NCBI GenBank assembly: GCA_964566535.1
Contig: CAZMIO010000001.1
Span: forward strand, 247,751 to 311,750
Reading direction: 5' to 3'
Origin: an uncultured Methanosarcinales archaeon
GTDB lineage: Archaea > Nanobdellota > Nanobdellia > Woesearchaeales > CAZOXR01
Length of the DNA stretch: 64,000 bases
Within the stretch, counting starts at the first letter, position 1, and every line of letters starts with the position of its first letter. The position numbers and the translations under genes are program-made. This document shows positions 47,595 to 57,616 of this stretch, piece after piece. The notes beneath the pieces were generated by a model. The model was not told where the DNA came from, did no database searches, and saw only the letters and a list, made by a program, of their open reading frames with translations.

Positions 47595-48617
47595 ATGGCA
47601 ATAAAAGTTGGAGTTATTGGATATGGGACGATTGGTAAGAGAGTAGCGGATGCTGTCAAGTTACAGGATGATATGGAATTAGTTGGAGTTACTGCTCATA
47701 GTTATAATTATAAAATGTTGGTGGCGGTTCAGAAGAAGATTCCAATCTATTCAATGAATGGTAAGGAAGAGATTGAAAAGAATGGGGTTGTATGTGTGGG
47801 GGATGTTAATGATTTGATTAAACAGGTAGATATTATTGTTGACTGTACTCCTAAAAAGATTGGGAAGGAGAACAAGGAGAAATATTATGTGCCAAGTAAG
47901 GTCAAGGCAATATTCCAGGGTGGGGAGAAAGCGGATATTGGTGAAGTAAGTTTTACTGCACAATGCAATTATGATAGTGCTGTTGGAAAGGATTACATAC
48001 GGGTTGTTAGCTGTAATACTACTGGACTTGCTAGGACTTTGAATGAAGTTCACAAAAAGTATGGCATTAAGGAAGTGCAGGCAACAATGATTCGGAGGGG
48101 AGCTGATCCGTGGGATATTTATCATGGACCGATTAATGCAATTGTTCCTGTTTTGGAACTTCCTTCGCACCATGGACCTGATGTTAGGACAGTATTGGAC
48201 GTTGAGATATTTACAACTGCAATAAGTGTTTCATCTACTTTGATGCATTTGCATACTTTGATAGTTGATTGTGAAAGAGAACCTAATGTTGAGGAAACTA
48301 TTAAGATGTTTCAGGATGCTACTAGAATAAGGGTGGTTGACAATGCGTCTAAGGTTAGGTCAACTGCAGAGATAATGGAGTTTGCAAAGGATCTTGGAAG
48401 AGACAGAAGCGATATGCCTGAGATTGTTGTCTGGAAGGAAGCAATTGGAGTTCATAAGAACAAGTTACTCTATATGCAGGCTGTACATCAGGAAAGTGAT
48501 GTTGTTTGTGAGAATATTGATGCTATCAGAGCAGCAACTGGATTTACAGATGGTCCTAAGTCAATAGAGATGACAAACAAGACATTATGTATTGATGAAT
48601 GTAAGAAGTTCTTTTAG
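47595..48617 (+). CDS. gap: Archaeal (type II) phosphorylating glyceraldehyde-3-phosphate dehydrogenase
   Basis: GYGTIGKRVADA, FQGGEK, VVSCNTTGL, SHHGPDV, VHQESDV..ENIDAIRA. Confidence 0.95.
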   Translation: MAIKVGVIGYGTIGKRVADAVKLQDDMELVGVTAHSYNYKMLVAVQKKIPIYSMNGKEEIEKNGVVCVGDVNDLIKQVDIIVDCTPKKIGKENKEKYYVPSKVKAIFQGGEKADIGEVSFTAQCNYDSAVGKDYIRVVSCNTTGLARTLNEVHKKYGIKEVQATMIRRGADPWDIYHGPINAIVPVLELPSHHGPDVRTVLDVEIFTTAISVSSTLMHLHTLIVDCEREPNVEETIKMFQDATRIRVVDNASKVRSTAEIMEFAKDLGRDRSDMPEIVVWKEAIGVHKNKLLYMQAVHQESDVVCENIDAIRAATGFTDGPKSIEMTNKTLCIDECKKFF

Positions 48618-48619
48618 TT

Positions 48620-48711
48620 TGTCGAGAATCGCCAGTCATATTTCAGTGGAATATTGCTGATTGTATCAGGCGATTCTTGAGCATGCTCAGAATTTTCTGA
48701 AAATTCTGACA
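48620..48711. repeat. Double-hairpin palindromic mini-element, copy 3 (expanded left loop)
   Basis: TGTCGAGAATCGCC..GGCGATTCTTGA-GCATGC-TCAGAATTTTCTGAAAATTCTGACA, between convergent genes. Confidence 0.82.
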
Positions 48712-48720
48712 TTTTATTTC

Positions 48721-49629
48721 TTATTTTTCTTCTAAATGGGTATTGAAGAAACCCACTACTTTCTCTTCATACTCTTCCGGGTAGTATTCATATGACTTTC
48801 TATGATCTGCTCCCTCAGTGATCCATATTTGTTTTGGCTGGTTTGCTTTATCGTATAGTCTCCTTGCTTCTTCGATGAATACCAATTTATCTGAGTCTCC
48901 TTGAATCATGAATATGGGGATGTTAACTTGGTCAATGTATCTTAATGGTGCCAAATCAAAAGCGTTGAAATCATTTAGTAGGCCTCCGAAGAATGTTAAG
49001 AGTGTTGCTAGAGGATATTTTGGCAGATTGTGAGTTCTTTTAAATCGTCTTCCGGTTACTTGGTGGATTGTTGCATAACTGCTGTCTAGGATTATTGCTT
49101 TTAGGTCGTTGGTTTCAATTGTTGCTAGAACTAAAGATGCTGCTCCCATTGATTGTCCTAATGCACCTAAGTTTTGGTTTATGTCATCTCTTGATTTTAT
49201 GTAATCAATTGCCCCAAGAACGTCGTTCTTTTCAAAATAACCTAGTGAGGTGAAGTCCCCATCACTATCTCCGAATGCGCGTAAGTCGAAGAGTAGGGAA
49301 CTGTAATTGTTTTTGTAAAGGTATGCTGAATGGTTTAGTAAGTCTTCTTTTGTATCGTTCCAGCCGTGGATTAGAAGGATTGTGCCTTTTGAATTGTCAT
49401 TTTTGATAAACCAACCTCTTAACATGATATTGTCTCTGCTTTTGAACTCAATGTCTTCGTAAGGTAATTGATGATCTTTCGGATGGCGGTTATTTGAGAA
49501 ATCTGCTGATCTTTTTGGATGTGTGAATTTATATGCTTGCTGGATTGAAACTATGATGAGTAGGATGAATAATATTAGGAAAATGTATAGAACTAAGTGG
49601 TTCTTCTTGTCTCTACCTCTTTTTTTCAT
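48721..49629 (-). CDS. Membrane-anchored alpha/beta hydrolase
   Basis: N-terminal TM; IHG, DLRAFGDS, GQSMG nucleophile, QGDSD, GADH. Confidence 0.88.
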   Translation of the reverse strand: MKKRGRDKKNHLVLYIFLILFILLIIVSIQQAYKFTHPKRSADFSNNRHPKDHQLPYEDIEFKSRDNIMLRGWFIKNDNSKGTILLIHGWNDTKEDLLNHSAYLYKNNYSSLLFDLRAFGDSDGDFTSLGYFEKNDVLGAIDYIKSRDDINQNLGALGQSMGAASLVLATIETNDLKAIILDSSYATIHQVTGRRFKRTHNLPKYPLATLLTFFGGLLNDFNAFDLAPLRYIDQVNIPIFMIQGDSDKLVFIEEARRLYDKANQPKQIWITEGADHRKSYEYYPEEYEEKVVGFFNTHLEEK

Positions 49630-49665
49630 TTAGAGTTAAATAGAAATAATATAATATAAACCTTT

Positions 49666-50556
49666 CTATATATTGTCTGTTGATTCTTCTGCTACATTTG
49701 ATGGTAATGCGAAGCCAATTCCTTCTCCGCCAGTTACTTTAAAGTTTGCTATGCCTATGATTTCTCCTGCTGTATTTAGGATTGGGCCTCCTGAATTTCC
49801 TGGGTTAATTGGGGTGTCTATTTGGATGTATGAGAATCCATTTGATGCTGTTCTTCTTGCACTGACAATCCCTTGTGTAACTGTGAAGTCTAGGCCTAGT
49901 GGATTACCTAATGCGATAACTGACTCTCCAACTCTAACATCATCTGAATCTCCGAAGAATAATCTGTTGAATTGAGTTTCGTTAGTGTCAATCTTTAATA
50001 CTGCAATGTCAGCTTTTGCATCAATCCCTAGTATGATTGCTCTGTGGATAGTTTTATCGTATGTTAAGATGTTTACTGTTGATGCACCATCAATTACATG
50101 GAAATTAGTTACAACTCTTCCATCTCTTGTGAAGATTGCTCCTGAACCTTGGCCTTTATCTGTTAATACAGATACTACCGATTCTAATGATTCATCAACT
50201 ATTTTTGAGAAGTCTGTTGATAGGGTTTCTATTGAAGTTATCTCTTTTTCTAACTCTTCTTTTGCCTTTTGTATTGATTCTTGTGATTCTGTCTGAACTG
50301 TAGTTATTAAGTCTAAGAGATCTTTATTGGTTTTCTTTGTTTCTTTATCTAGGTTTGAGATCAGATTTTGTAGTAAAGTCATATCGCTTTCTAGGAGTTC
50401 ATTAAGTTCAGAGATTTTTTGATTAGATTCTGTTTGTTGTTGTACTAGTTCTTGTTGGAGGAGGGTGATGTTGTTATAACCAATTACTGATAAAGATGAG
50501 ACTAGGACTACAGTGACTACGAGACTATATATGAATAACTTTTGGTGTTCTTCCAT
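49666..50556 (-). CDS. Trypsin-like (HtrA-type) serine protease without PDZ domain
   Basis: TM plus coiled coil; GSG, TNFHV, DIAVL, INPGNSGGP. Confidence 0.9.
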   Translation of the reverse strand: MEEHQKLFIYSLVVTVVLVSSLSVIGYNNITLLQQELVQQQTESNQKISELNELLESDMTLLQNLISNLDKETKKTNKDLLDLITTVQTESQESIQKAKEELEKEITSIETLSTDFSKIVDESLESVVSVLTDKGQGSGAIFTRDGRVVTNFHVIDGASTVNILTYDKTIHRAIILGIDAKADIAVLKIDTNETQFNRLFFGDSDDVRVGESVIALGNPLGLDFTVTQGIVSARRTASNGFSYIQIDTPINPGNSGGPILNTAGEIIGIANFKVTGGEGIGFALPSNVAEESTDNI

Positions 50557-50579
50557 AGAATATCTAATATATTGAAGAT

Positions 50580-51875
50580 TTAAATAGTCTGCCTTATAAT
50601 TTCTGCCCTTAGGTCAAAAGTAGTGATATTGTTTATTCTTGCATTCACTGTTTGGCCTAATTTTAGGTCTCCTTTTACAATAACTGGTTTGTAGGCAAAG
50701 TTTCTGCCAACCCAAGTGTTGTCTTTTCCCTTTTCGTCTATTAGAATAGGTCCTTCCCAGTTGTGATACCGTTCATTCTGCATTCTTGAGATGTTATGGA
50801 ATATGTCAGTTAGCATTCTTGAGCGGTCCTTTATTGTGTTTATGTCTAGCTGTGGGAGGTCTAGTGCTTTGGTGTTTGGACGAGGTTGGAATTTTGAGAT
50901 GTTTATTACGTCTGGTTTTATTTCTTTTATTAGGTTTAATGAATCGTCGAATTGTTCGTCTGTTTCTGTTGGGAATCCTACAATTATATCGGTTGCGATT
51001 GTGATATGAGGGATTTGCTCTTTGAATTTGTTAACTATGTCCTTGAATTGTGCTGTTGTGTAAGACCTGTTCATTAGTTTTAATACTTCGTCGTTTCCTG
51101 ATTGTACTGGGATGTGTAGAAATTTGAAAACTTTGTCGTTTTTATAGATATTTATTAAGTCATCTAAGATTGGGAGGACATTTCCTGGATTCATCATACC
51201 AAGTCTTAATTTGAACTCTCTGTTTGGCTCTAGAATCTGGTTTAGTAATGCAGGTAGGGTTGATGGGTGTTTGTTTTCTAATCCATATGCTGCATTATCT
51301 TGTGAAGTTACCCATAATTCCTTGCAGTCATTGTTTATTGAGTTTCTTACTTCTTTTAGGATCTCTTCAACTGGGTATGAAATCAAGTCTCCTTTTATTA
51401 GTTTTACAGAACAATAGGCACAAGATGAGTTGCAGCCTGAGAGGATTGGTATTATTCCTACTGTGCTGTTTTTTCTTATTCTTGGTAAGTTAAGTTTTAT
51501 TTCGTCTTCGTCTTTTGCAACTATGTCTATGAGGTTGTCATGAATCATCTCTTCAACGACTTCTGAGATTTTCTTTATGTTATGTGTTGAGATTAATGAT
51601 ACGTCTTCTGTTATTTCTCTGATCTTAGGTATTAATTCTGGTGGTATACATCCTGCTACGATTAATTTTTTGTCTCCATGTTCTTCGTTTAATTTTCTTA
51701 GTTCTCTTAATGCTGTTTTTTCTCCTTTTGCTGTGCAGATGTTTAATACTATTATGTCTGCTTCTTCTTTATCTTTGATTATGTTGAATCCTGAAGTAGT
51801 TAGGATGCCTTGCATTACTTCTGATTCTGAGAAGTTTGTTGAACAGCCATGGGTCTGGAAATATATCTTTGTCAT
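50580..51875 (-). CDS. tRNA t6A37 methylthiotransferase (archaeal MtaB/MiaB-like)
   Basis: THGC..N, CNSSCAYC, HIPVQSG, DIIVGFPTET, C-terminal TRAM. Confidence 0.88.
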   Translation of the reverse strand: MTKIYFQTHGCSTNFSESEVMQGILTTSGFNIIKDKEEADIIVLNICTAKGEKTALRELRKLNEEHGDKKLIVAGCIPPELIPKIREITEDVSLISTHNIKKISEVVEEMIHDNLIDIVAKDEDEIKLNLPRIRKNSTVGIIPILSGCNSSCAYCSVKLIKGDLISYPVEEILKEVRNSINNDCKELWVTSQDNAAYGLENKHPSTLPALLNQILEPNREFKLRLGMMNPGNVLPILDDLINIYKNDKVFKFLHIPVQSGNDEVLKLMNRSYTTAQFKDIVNKFKEQIPHITIATDIIVGFPTETDEQFDDSLNLIKEIKPDVINISKFQPRPNTKALDLPQLDINTIKDRSRMLTDIFHNISRMQNERYHNWEGPILIDEKGKDNTWVGRNFAYKPVIVKGDLKLGQTVNARINNITTFDLRAEIIRQTI

Positions 51876-51964
51876 AGGTTTTGGGAGTTAGAACAGGGGT
51901 TATAAATGTTACTGGAAGTTGAATAATTTGTATAGGACTACCTAACCACATTAGAACTAAATTG

Positions 51965-52090
51965 TTAATCTATTACAAAGCCGCACTTTTTACAGTATCT
52001 TTCGGCTTTATCCCTGATTATCTCTTCTGAGCCGCAATCAGGGCATTTCTTTACTTCTTCTATTTTTGGTCTTTGTTGTATTTCTTGCAT
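51965..52090 (-). CDS. Stand-alone TFIIB-type zinc ribbon protein, 41 aa (not in ORF track)
   Basis: MQEIQQRPKIEEVKKCPDCGSEEIIRDKAERYCKKCGFVID*. Confidence 0.75.
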   Translation of the reverse strand: MQEIQQRPKIEEVKKCPDCGSEEIIRDKAERYCKKCGFVID

Positions 52091-52194
52091 TTTTAGTAGG
52101 TTTTACCCAGTTCCAGCTATCTCTTTTTTTATCTTAGGATAAGTCACCCTTACCTAACTCTGAAACCACCTTTCACCCGCTTAAAGTATCAAAT

Positions 52195-53583
52195 TTAGGT
52201 ATTTATAAATGTTTTGCCTTCCTTAAGGAGTAACTCTGCTTTTTCTTTAGACTTAGAATCTGCCATTATTCTTAGAATTCCTTGCTCTGTTTTAGACTGT
52301 CTGAACCACAGAAAAGCGTCTTTTGTTATAATCTTTAGGCCACCTGTTGGTCCTGTTTCTTGGATTCTGAATCCTTTTTTTAAGTAGAATTGTTTAATCT
52401 TTTTCTTTATTTCTGCTGTTTTTTCTGGATTTATGCTTACTTTGTCTTTTAGAGTGTAGTAGACAGGATAATCTTTGATTATTTCGTTTAATGGCTTTTT
52501 TCTTTTTGCTATTAGCTTTAGGATTGATAGGAGAGTTAGAATTCCGTCTCTGCATCTTGAAGAGGGGATTATTGCACCTGCTGACGAGCCTTCCCCACCA
52601 ATTGGAGAGTTGTTTATGACCATTGCGTTAACTACATTAATTTCCCCAACTTCTGTTTCTACTAGTTTAGTCTTATATTTATCTGCGATTTCCTTTACTA
52701 AGTAGGATGTTGCATCGTTTACTGCAATTGTTTGCGATTCTGGGTTTTTTTGTTCTTCTAGGATTTGGTCAACCACTAATGCCAATACATATTGACCTGA
52801 TACCATATTTCCATCTTTTAGTAGAATTTCAACTCTATCTGCATCGCAGTCAAAGCCAGCTGCGAAATCTGCGTTAAGTTCATTTAATTTGGTTTTTAAT
52901 GATTTTAATGAGGATTCGTTTGGTTCGATTGTTCTTTTGAATTCCCCCTGTTTTGTGTTGATTGCAATGAAATTTTTGTTTATTTTTTTTAATATGTCAA
53001 TATTTGTAATTCCTGCTCCGCCGTTTGGGTCTAAGAGAACTTTTATGTTTAGTTTTTTTATTTGTTCGATGTGTTTTTTCCCTATTGTTTTGATTATGAA
53101 ATTGTAGTAACGGGCTTTTATGTCTTCGTGTTGCTTTTGGATTTCGTGGACTGTAGGGTCTTTTTTATGGATGAGGTCTAAGAACTCTTCTTCTTTTAGG
53201 TCTTTTATCTTATGGAAGTTTTTTATTACTTCTGAGGCTTTTTTTGGGTCTAATACTGCACCATCGCTGTCTAGGAACTTAAAACCATTCCATTCTGGTT
53301 CGTTATGGGAGGCAGTTATTATGATTCCTCCGTCTGCCTTATATTCTCTCACTGCTAATTCTGTCATTGGTGTTGTTGCAACTTCTAAATCTATTATATT
53401 TTTGAATATGTCAAAGATTGCTTGTTTTAAGGGTTCTGCTGAGGCCCTTGTGTCTGTTCCGATAACTACTTTAGGGTCTTTTTTTAGTGTTTGAGAATAA
53501 GCATACGCGTACTTTCTAGTTATGTCTTCATTTAGGTCTTTTTTGTAGATTCCCCTTATTCCTGAAAATGATTCTACTAGCAT
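52195..53583 (-). CDS. Phosphohexomutase (PMM/PGM/GlmM family)
   Basis: SGIRG, ITASHNE, DCDADR, GEGS, RQSKTE; start set at MLVESFSG. Confidence 0.9.
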   Translation of the reverse strand: MLVESFSGIRGIYKKDLNEDITRKYAYAYSQTLKKDPKVVIGTDTRASAEPLKQAIFDIFKNIIDLEVATTPMTELAVREYKADGGIIITASHNEPEWNGFKFLDSDGAVLDPKKASEVIKNFHKIKDLKEEEFLDLIHKKDPTVHEIQKQHEDIKARYYNFIIKTIGKKHIEQIKKLNIKVLLDPNGGAGITNIDILKKINKNFIAINTKQGEFKRTIEPNESSLKSLKTKLNELNADFAAGFDCDADRVEILLKDGNMVSGQYVLALVVDQILEEQKNPESQTIAVNDATSYLVKEIADKYKTKLVETEVGEINVVNAMVINNSPIGGEGSSAGAIIPSSRCRDGILTLLSILKLIAKRKKPLNEIIKDYPVYYTLKDKVSINPEKTAEIKKKIKQFYLKKGFRIQETGPTGGLKIITKDAFLWFRQSKTEQGILRIMADSKSKEKAELLLKEGKTFINT

Positions 53584-53674
53584 AAGCGGTTGAGAGAGTG
53601 TATGATTTATAAGGTTTTCTTTGAGATTGTGTTTTTCAATAGATTTAAATACATTAAATTTAATGAGATAGTTT

Positions 53675-54112
53675 ATGGCGAAAAAAGTCAAACAAAAAAA
53701 GAGTAAGAAATATGTTAGGGTTTGTCCGAAGTGTAAATCTGGTAGCGTTAGGATGGACAAATCTACTCTGCAGCAGACTGGTGCTCTTCCAACCATGTAT
53801 ATCTGTGGAAGATGTGGGCATTCTGGTAATAGTTTTCCTGAAGTTGAAATATCTAAGTTAAAGGGGTTTGAGAAAGAGGTTGATAAGAAACATCTTAGGT
53901 TTACAAAGAAAGATAAAACTGAGTTGATTGATACTTCTTATGGTGAGTTTGAAGTTAAGATTATATGGAAGGTTTTGTCTATTGTATTCTTTTTAGCAGG
54001 TATTTTTTATCTTACTGTAGAATCAGTTTCTGGAGCTATCTTACTCCTAATTGGAATATTTATGTTCTATATCACTTATTTTGAGAAAAGAAAATTAAAA
54101 AGAACTAATTAG
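53675..54112 (+). CDS. Zn-ribbon protein with two C-terminal TM helices
   Basis: CPKC..CGRC; two hydrophobic segments. Confidence 0.65.
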   Translation: MAKKVKQKKSKKYVRVCPKCKSGSVRMDKSTLQQTGALPTMYICGRCGHSGNSFPEVEISKLKGFEKEVDKKHLRFTKKDKTELIDTSYGEFEVKIIWKVLSIVFFLAGIFYLTVESVSGAILLLIGIFMFYITYFEKRKLKRTN

Positions 54113-54696
54113 ATTTTACCTTTTGTAGAAGGAATGTCATCTAATGCTCTCTTGTCTTTTGAGCATGCCATTTTCATTGCTTTTCCAAAAGCTTTGAAGA
54201 TTGATTCTGCTTTGTGGTGGTCTGTTCTAGCCTCAAATGATTTTACATGGATATTTGCTTTTAGTTCGTTAGCGAAACCTTGGAAGAACTCTGAGATGCA
54301 GTCTGATTCTAGGTTGTTGATTTTTTCTTTTTTGAATTCTGCTTCGAAGTTAAGGTATGGTCTGCCAGCTATGTCAACTGCGAAGATTGATAATGTTTCA
54401 TCCATGGGAAAAGCAAAAAAGCCAGTTCTGTTGATGCCTTTTTTGTCAGCTAGGGCTTTTCCGAATGTTTGCCCTAGTACAATTCCAATATCTTCTATTG
54501 TGTGGTGCTGGTCAACTTGTAGGTCTCCTTTTGCATCCACTTTTAGGTTGAATAATCCGTGTTTTGCGAATAATTCTAGCATGTGATCTAGAAATCCGAT
54601 TTGAGTGTTAATTTTTGATGTGCCTTTGCCGTCTATATTTAGCTCTACTTTAATCTGTGTTTCTTTTGTTTTTCTTTCGATTGTTGCTTTTCTCAT
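54109..54696 (-). CDS. hisB: Imidazoleglycerol-phosphate dehydratase
   Basis: RKTKET, GFLDHML, DQHHTIED, PMDE, DHHKAES.FKA, PSTKG. Confidence 0.96.
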   Translation of the reverse strand: MRKATIERKTKETQIKVELNIDGKGTSKINTQIGFLDHMLELFAKHGLFNLKVDAKGDLQVDQHHTIEDIGIVLGQTFGKALADKKGINRTGFFAFPMDETLSIFAVDIAGRPYLNFEAEFKKEKINNLESDCISEFFQGFANELKANIHVKSFEARTDHHKAESIFKAFGKAMKMACSKDKRALDDIPSTKGKI

Positions 54697-55358
54697 TTTA
54701 CTACTTTTATTATGTTGTTTATGTTAGATATGGTATGGTCTGCACTTTTAAATACTTTCCTTAATTTCTTCTTATCTCCGTAAGGTGGGATGACTCCAAT
54801 AAATGGAATCTTTGCTTTTTTTGATGCATTGAAGTCGTCTATTGAGTCTCCAACGTAAAATGTCTTTTTTGGTTTAACTGAGTTTATAATCTTTTTTATG
54901 CCTTCTGGGTTAGGTTTTTTCTTTTTGACATCATCTACTGTGATTATTTTTTTGAAGTATTTTTTTAGTTTATAGTGTTTTAATGTGAATGAAAGTTCTT
55001 TTTTTGACCTGCCTGTGAATATGGCTAATGTGTTGTTTTTAGCTAGTTTCTTTATTACTGATGTTTTTAGGAGAAGCTTTTCTTTTCTTATCAATCCGTT
55101 GAAGTTTCTTCCTAGATAGTATTCCTCGAATTTTTTGATTATTTCTTTTCTTTTGATTCTTTTCTTGTGTTTCTTTAGGATTGCGTCTGTGCAGTCAAAA
55201 TCATCATTGAATCCAGTCTTTAGTTTTTGTTGATAAACTTCTTTCATGTCTATCTTTTTCTCTAGGAAGAATTCTACTGTCTTTTTTGTTGCAACCCTAA
55301 ATGATCTAGATACATCTATTAGGACTCCGTCAACATCGAATATGATTAATTGTTTCAT
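54693..55358 (-). CDS. HAD hydrolase, candidate histidinol-phosphatase
   Basis: FDVDGVLID, FTGR, KP.PEG, VGDSIDD; translationally coupled to hisB. Confidence 0.75.
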   Translation of the reverse strand: MKQLIIFDVDGVLIDVSRSFRVATKKTVEFFLEKKIDMKEVYQQKLKTGFNDDFDCTDAILKKHKKRIKRKEIIKKFEEYYLGRNFNGLIRKEKLLLKTSVIKKLAKNNTLAIFTGRSKKELSFTLKHYKLKKYFKKIITVDDVKKKKPNPEGIKKIINSVKPKKTFYVGDSIDDFNASKKAKIPFIGVIPPYGDKKKLRKVFKSADHTISNINNIIKVVK

Positions 55359-55365
55359 TTTAATG

Positions 55366-55785
55366 TTATTTCTTGAACAGGCTTTTAAACTTTTTGTATC
55401 CTTCTTTTTCTAGGTCTTCTTTTGGTATGAAATTTAGTGAAGCTGAATTTATGCAGTATCTTTTTTTGGTGGGAGGTGGGCCGTCATCAAAGACGTGGCC
55501 GAGATGTGAGGATGCTTTTTTGCTCTTAACTTCAGTTCTTGTCACCCCTAATGTTTTGTCTTGCTTCTTTACTACGTTTTTTTGGTCTAATGGTTTGGTA
55601 AAGGATGGCCAGCCGGTTCCTGATTTAAATTTGTCTGTTGAGCTGAATAATGGTTCTCCTGAAACAATATCGACATAAATTCCTTCTTTCTTGTTATTCC
55701 AGTATTCGTTTTTGAAAGGTGGTTCTGTACCGCACTTTTGGGTTACTTCCTCTTGTAGAGGTGTTAATTTTGGTTTCTTTTTCAT
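55366..55785 (-). CDS. msrB: Methionine-R-sulfoxide reductase
   Basis: [33 protein letters not shown]. Confidence 0.95.
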   Translation of the reverse strand: MKKKPKLTPLQEEVTQKCGTEPPFKNEYWNNKKEGIYVDIVSGEPLFSSTDKFKSGTGWPSFTKPLDQKNVVKKQDKTLGVTRTEVKSKKASSHLGHVFDDGPPPTKKRYCINSASLNFIPKEDLEKEGYKKFKSLFKK

Positions 55786-56393
55786 TATCCCCAGATTCTT
55801 TTTAATGTTTGTTTTCTGCCAGAGCCTGCTTCATAGATCTTATATTGGACTGTTCGTTTTTGAGAGTAATCTTGATGGTATTCTTCTGCTTTGTAGAAGT
55901 CTTTTAGTGGCAGAATCTTAGTTACAACTGGTTTTTTGAGTGTTCCTGATTCGTCTAAATCTTTCTTTGATTTTTCAGCTGCTTTCTTCTGGTCTTCAGT
56001 ATGGTAGAAGATTGCTGTTTTGTACTGTGAGCCACGGTCTACAAACTGGCCTTCATCATCAGTTGGATCTATTGATTTCCAGAAAAGATCGAGTAATGTT
56101 TCGTATGTGGCGATTTTAGGATCGTAGACAATTTGGATTGCTTCATGGTGTCCAGTTGTGCCAGTTGTAACTTCTTCATAAGTCGGGTCAACTTTATCTC
56201 CACCAGTATATCCGGAATAAACATCTATTACTCCTTCGCTGCCTTCGAAAGCAGCTTCTGTACACCAGAAACATCCGCCTGCAAATGTTGCAACTTCATA
56301 ATCTTTGATGTCGTACTCTTTTTTTGGTTTTTGTTCCATGTCTGTACACCCCGTTAAGATTATTAATAGTAAGATTAATGGTAAATATCTCAT
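55785..56393 (-). CDS. msrA: Methionine-S-sulfoxide reductase with lipoprotein signal
   Basis: [30 protein letters not shown]-terminal [16 protein letters not shown] lipobox. Confidence 0.95.
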   Translation of the reverse strand: MRYLPLILLLIILTGCTDMEQKPKKEYDIKDYEVATFAGGCFWCTEAAFEGSEGVIDVYSGYTGGDKVDPTYEEVTTGTTGHHEAIQIVYDPKIATYETLLDLFWKSIDPTDDEGQFVDRGSQYKTAIFYHTEDQKKAAEKSKKDLDESGTLKKPVVTKILPLKDFYKAEEYHQDYSQKRTVQYKIYEAGSGRKQTLKRIWG

Positions 56394-56527
56394 TTTTTAT
56401 CTTGTTTCTCTTCTGCTTTCCTTTCGGCTTCCCTCATCACTTTATTATGATTCCATTGTCCGAATAAAATCCAATATAGGGCTAGGAAGCCAGTTAATGA
56501 TAGAAATATCAATAATCCGTTATTCAT
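56390..56527 (-). CDS. Small single-TM protein, 45 aa (not in ORF track)
   Basis: [49 protein letters not shown] overlaps with both the hisC stop and the msrA start. Confidence 0.75.
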   Translation of the reverse strand: MNNGLLIFLSLTGFLALYWILFGQWNHNKVMREAERKAEEKQDKK

Positions 56528-57582
56528 TTTCCAAGGATTTCCCTTAGTGTCTGGATGAATTGTTTTGCTTGTGAGCTTGTTCCAATGCTTACTCTGAGGC
56601 AGTCTTTTAGTAAAGGTAAATGACTTCTGTCTCTGACTAGGATTCCTTTTTCTTTAAGTTGGTCTTTGATTTCTATTGCTTTTTTTCCGAAGTTTGCGAT
56701 TAAGAAGTTACCTGTTGTTGGGAATGTTTTTATTTTGAGTTGTTTTAATCCTTCTTCGAGCACTTTCTTTCCTTTCTTTACTTCACCCACATACCACTTT
56801 AAGTAATCCTGGTCATCTATTGCTGTTGATGCTGCAACCATTGCTGCTGTATTTACTGAATAAGGTGAAGCTACTCTTTTTAGGTTTTTAATGTTATCTG
56901 GGTCTGATGCAATGTAGCCCAATCTTAATCCTGCTAAACCATATGCTTTTGAGAATGTTTGAAGAATGAATAGATTGTCGAATTTTCCTATTAGGCCAAG
57001 TGCTGTTTCTTCGCTGAATTGGTAATAAGCTTCGTCTATGATTACTATGGTTTCTGTTTTTGCTGCCTTTTCTACAATCTTGAATAAATCTTTTTTTTCA
57101 ATTGGAGTTCCTGTTGGATTATTTGGGTTAACTAAGATTAGTATTTTTGTTTTTTTAGTTATTGCGTCAAGTACTTTTTTTGTTGGGAATGTAAGGTTTT
57201 TTGCGTATGAAACACTCTTTACCTTTGCCTCTGCAATATCTGCATAAACTCTGAACATTGTAAATGTGGGTATTGGGATTACTATTTCGTCTCCTTTTTC
57301 TATGTAAGTATCGTATATTACTTTGATTGCTTCGTCGCTTGCGTTTGTTAACAATATTTCTTGAGGCGATACGTTTATATTTGATGCTATTTTGTTGATG
57401 AACTTAGTATATTCTGGATAGCAGGCAAACTCGTTGTCATTTAGCTTTTCTAATGCTTTTAGAACTCTTGGAGAAGGTCCTACTGTGTTTTCGCTGAAGT
57501 CTAATCTAAGTTTATCTCTTCTTCCCTCTAATGGGGGGTCGTAAGGTTCCATTTCCTGTACTGCTTTTTTTGGTAAAATCAT
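56524..57582 (-). CDS. hisC: Histidinol-phosphate aminotransferase
   Basis: NPNNPTG, DEAY, TFSKAYGLAGLRLG, LRVSIG. Confidence 0.93.
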   Translation of the reverse strand: MILPKKAVQEMEPYDPPLEGRRDKLRLDFSENTVGPSPRVLKALEKLNDNEFACYPEYTKFINKIASNINVSPQEILLTNASDEAIKVIYDTYIEKGDEIVIPIPTFTMFRVYADIAEAKVKSVSYAKNLTFPTKKVLDAITKKTKILILVNPNNPTGTPIEKKDLFKIVEKAAKTETIVIIDEAYYQFSEETALGLIGKFDNLFILQTFSKAYGLAGLRLGYIASDPDNIKNLKRVASPYSVNTAAMVAASTAIDDQDYLKWYVGEVKKGKKVLEEGLKQLKIKTFPTTGNFLIANFGKKAIEIKDQLKEKGILVRDRSHLPLLKDCLRVSIGTSSQAKQFIQTLREILGK

Positions 57583-57616
57583 TTTTTGGTTAATATTATC
57601 ACTATCAGAAGTGGTA

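Noticed and set aside
53584..53796. N-terminal 71-aa extension of the phosphohexomutase ORF
   Set aside because: Overlaps the divergent gene and promoter; family homology starts at MLVESFSGIRG
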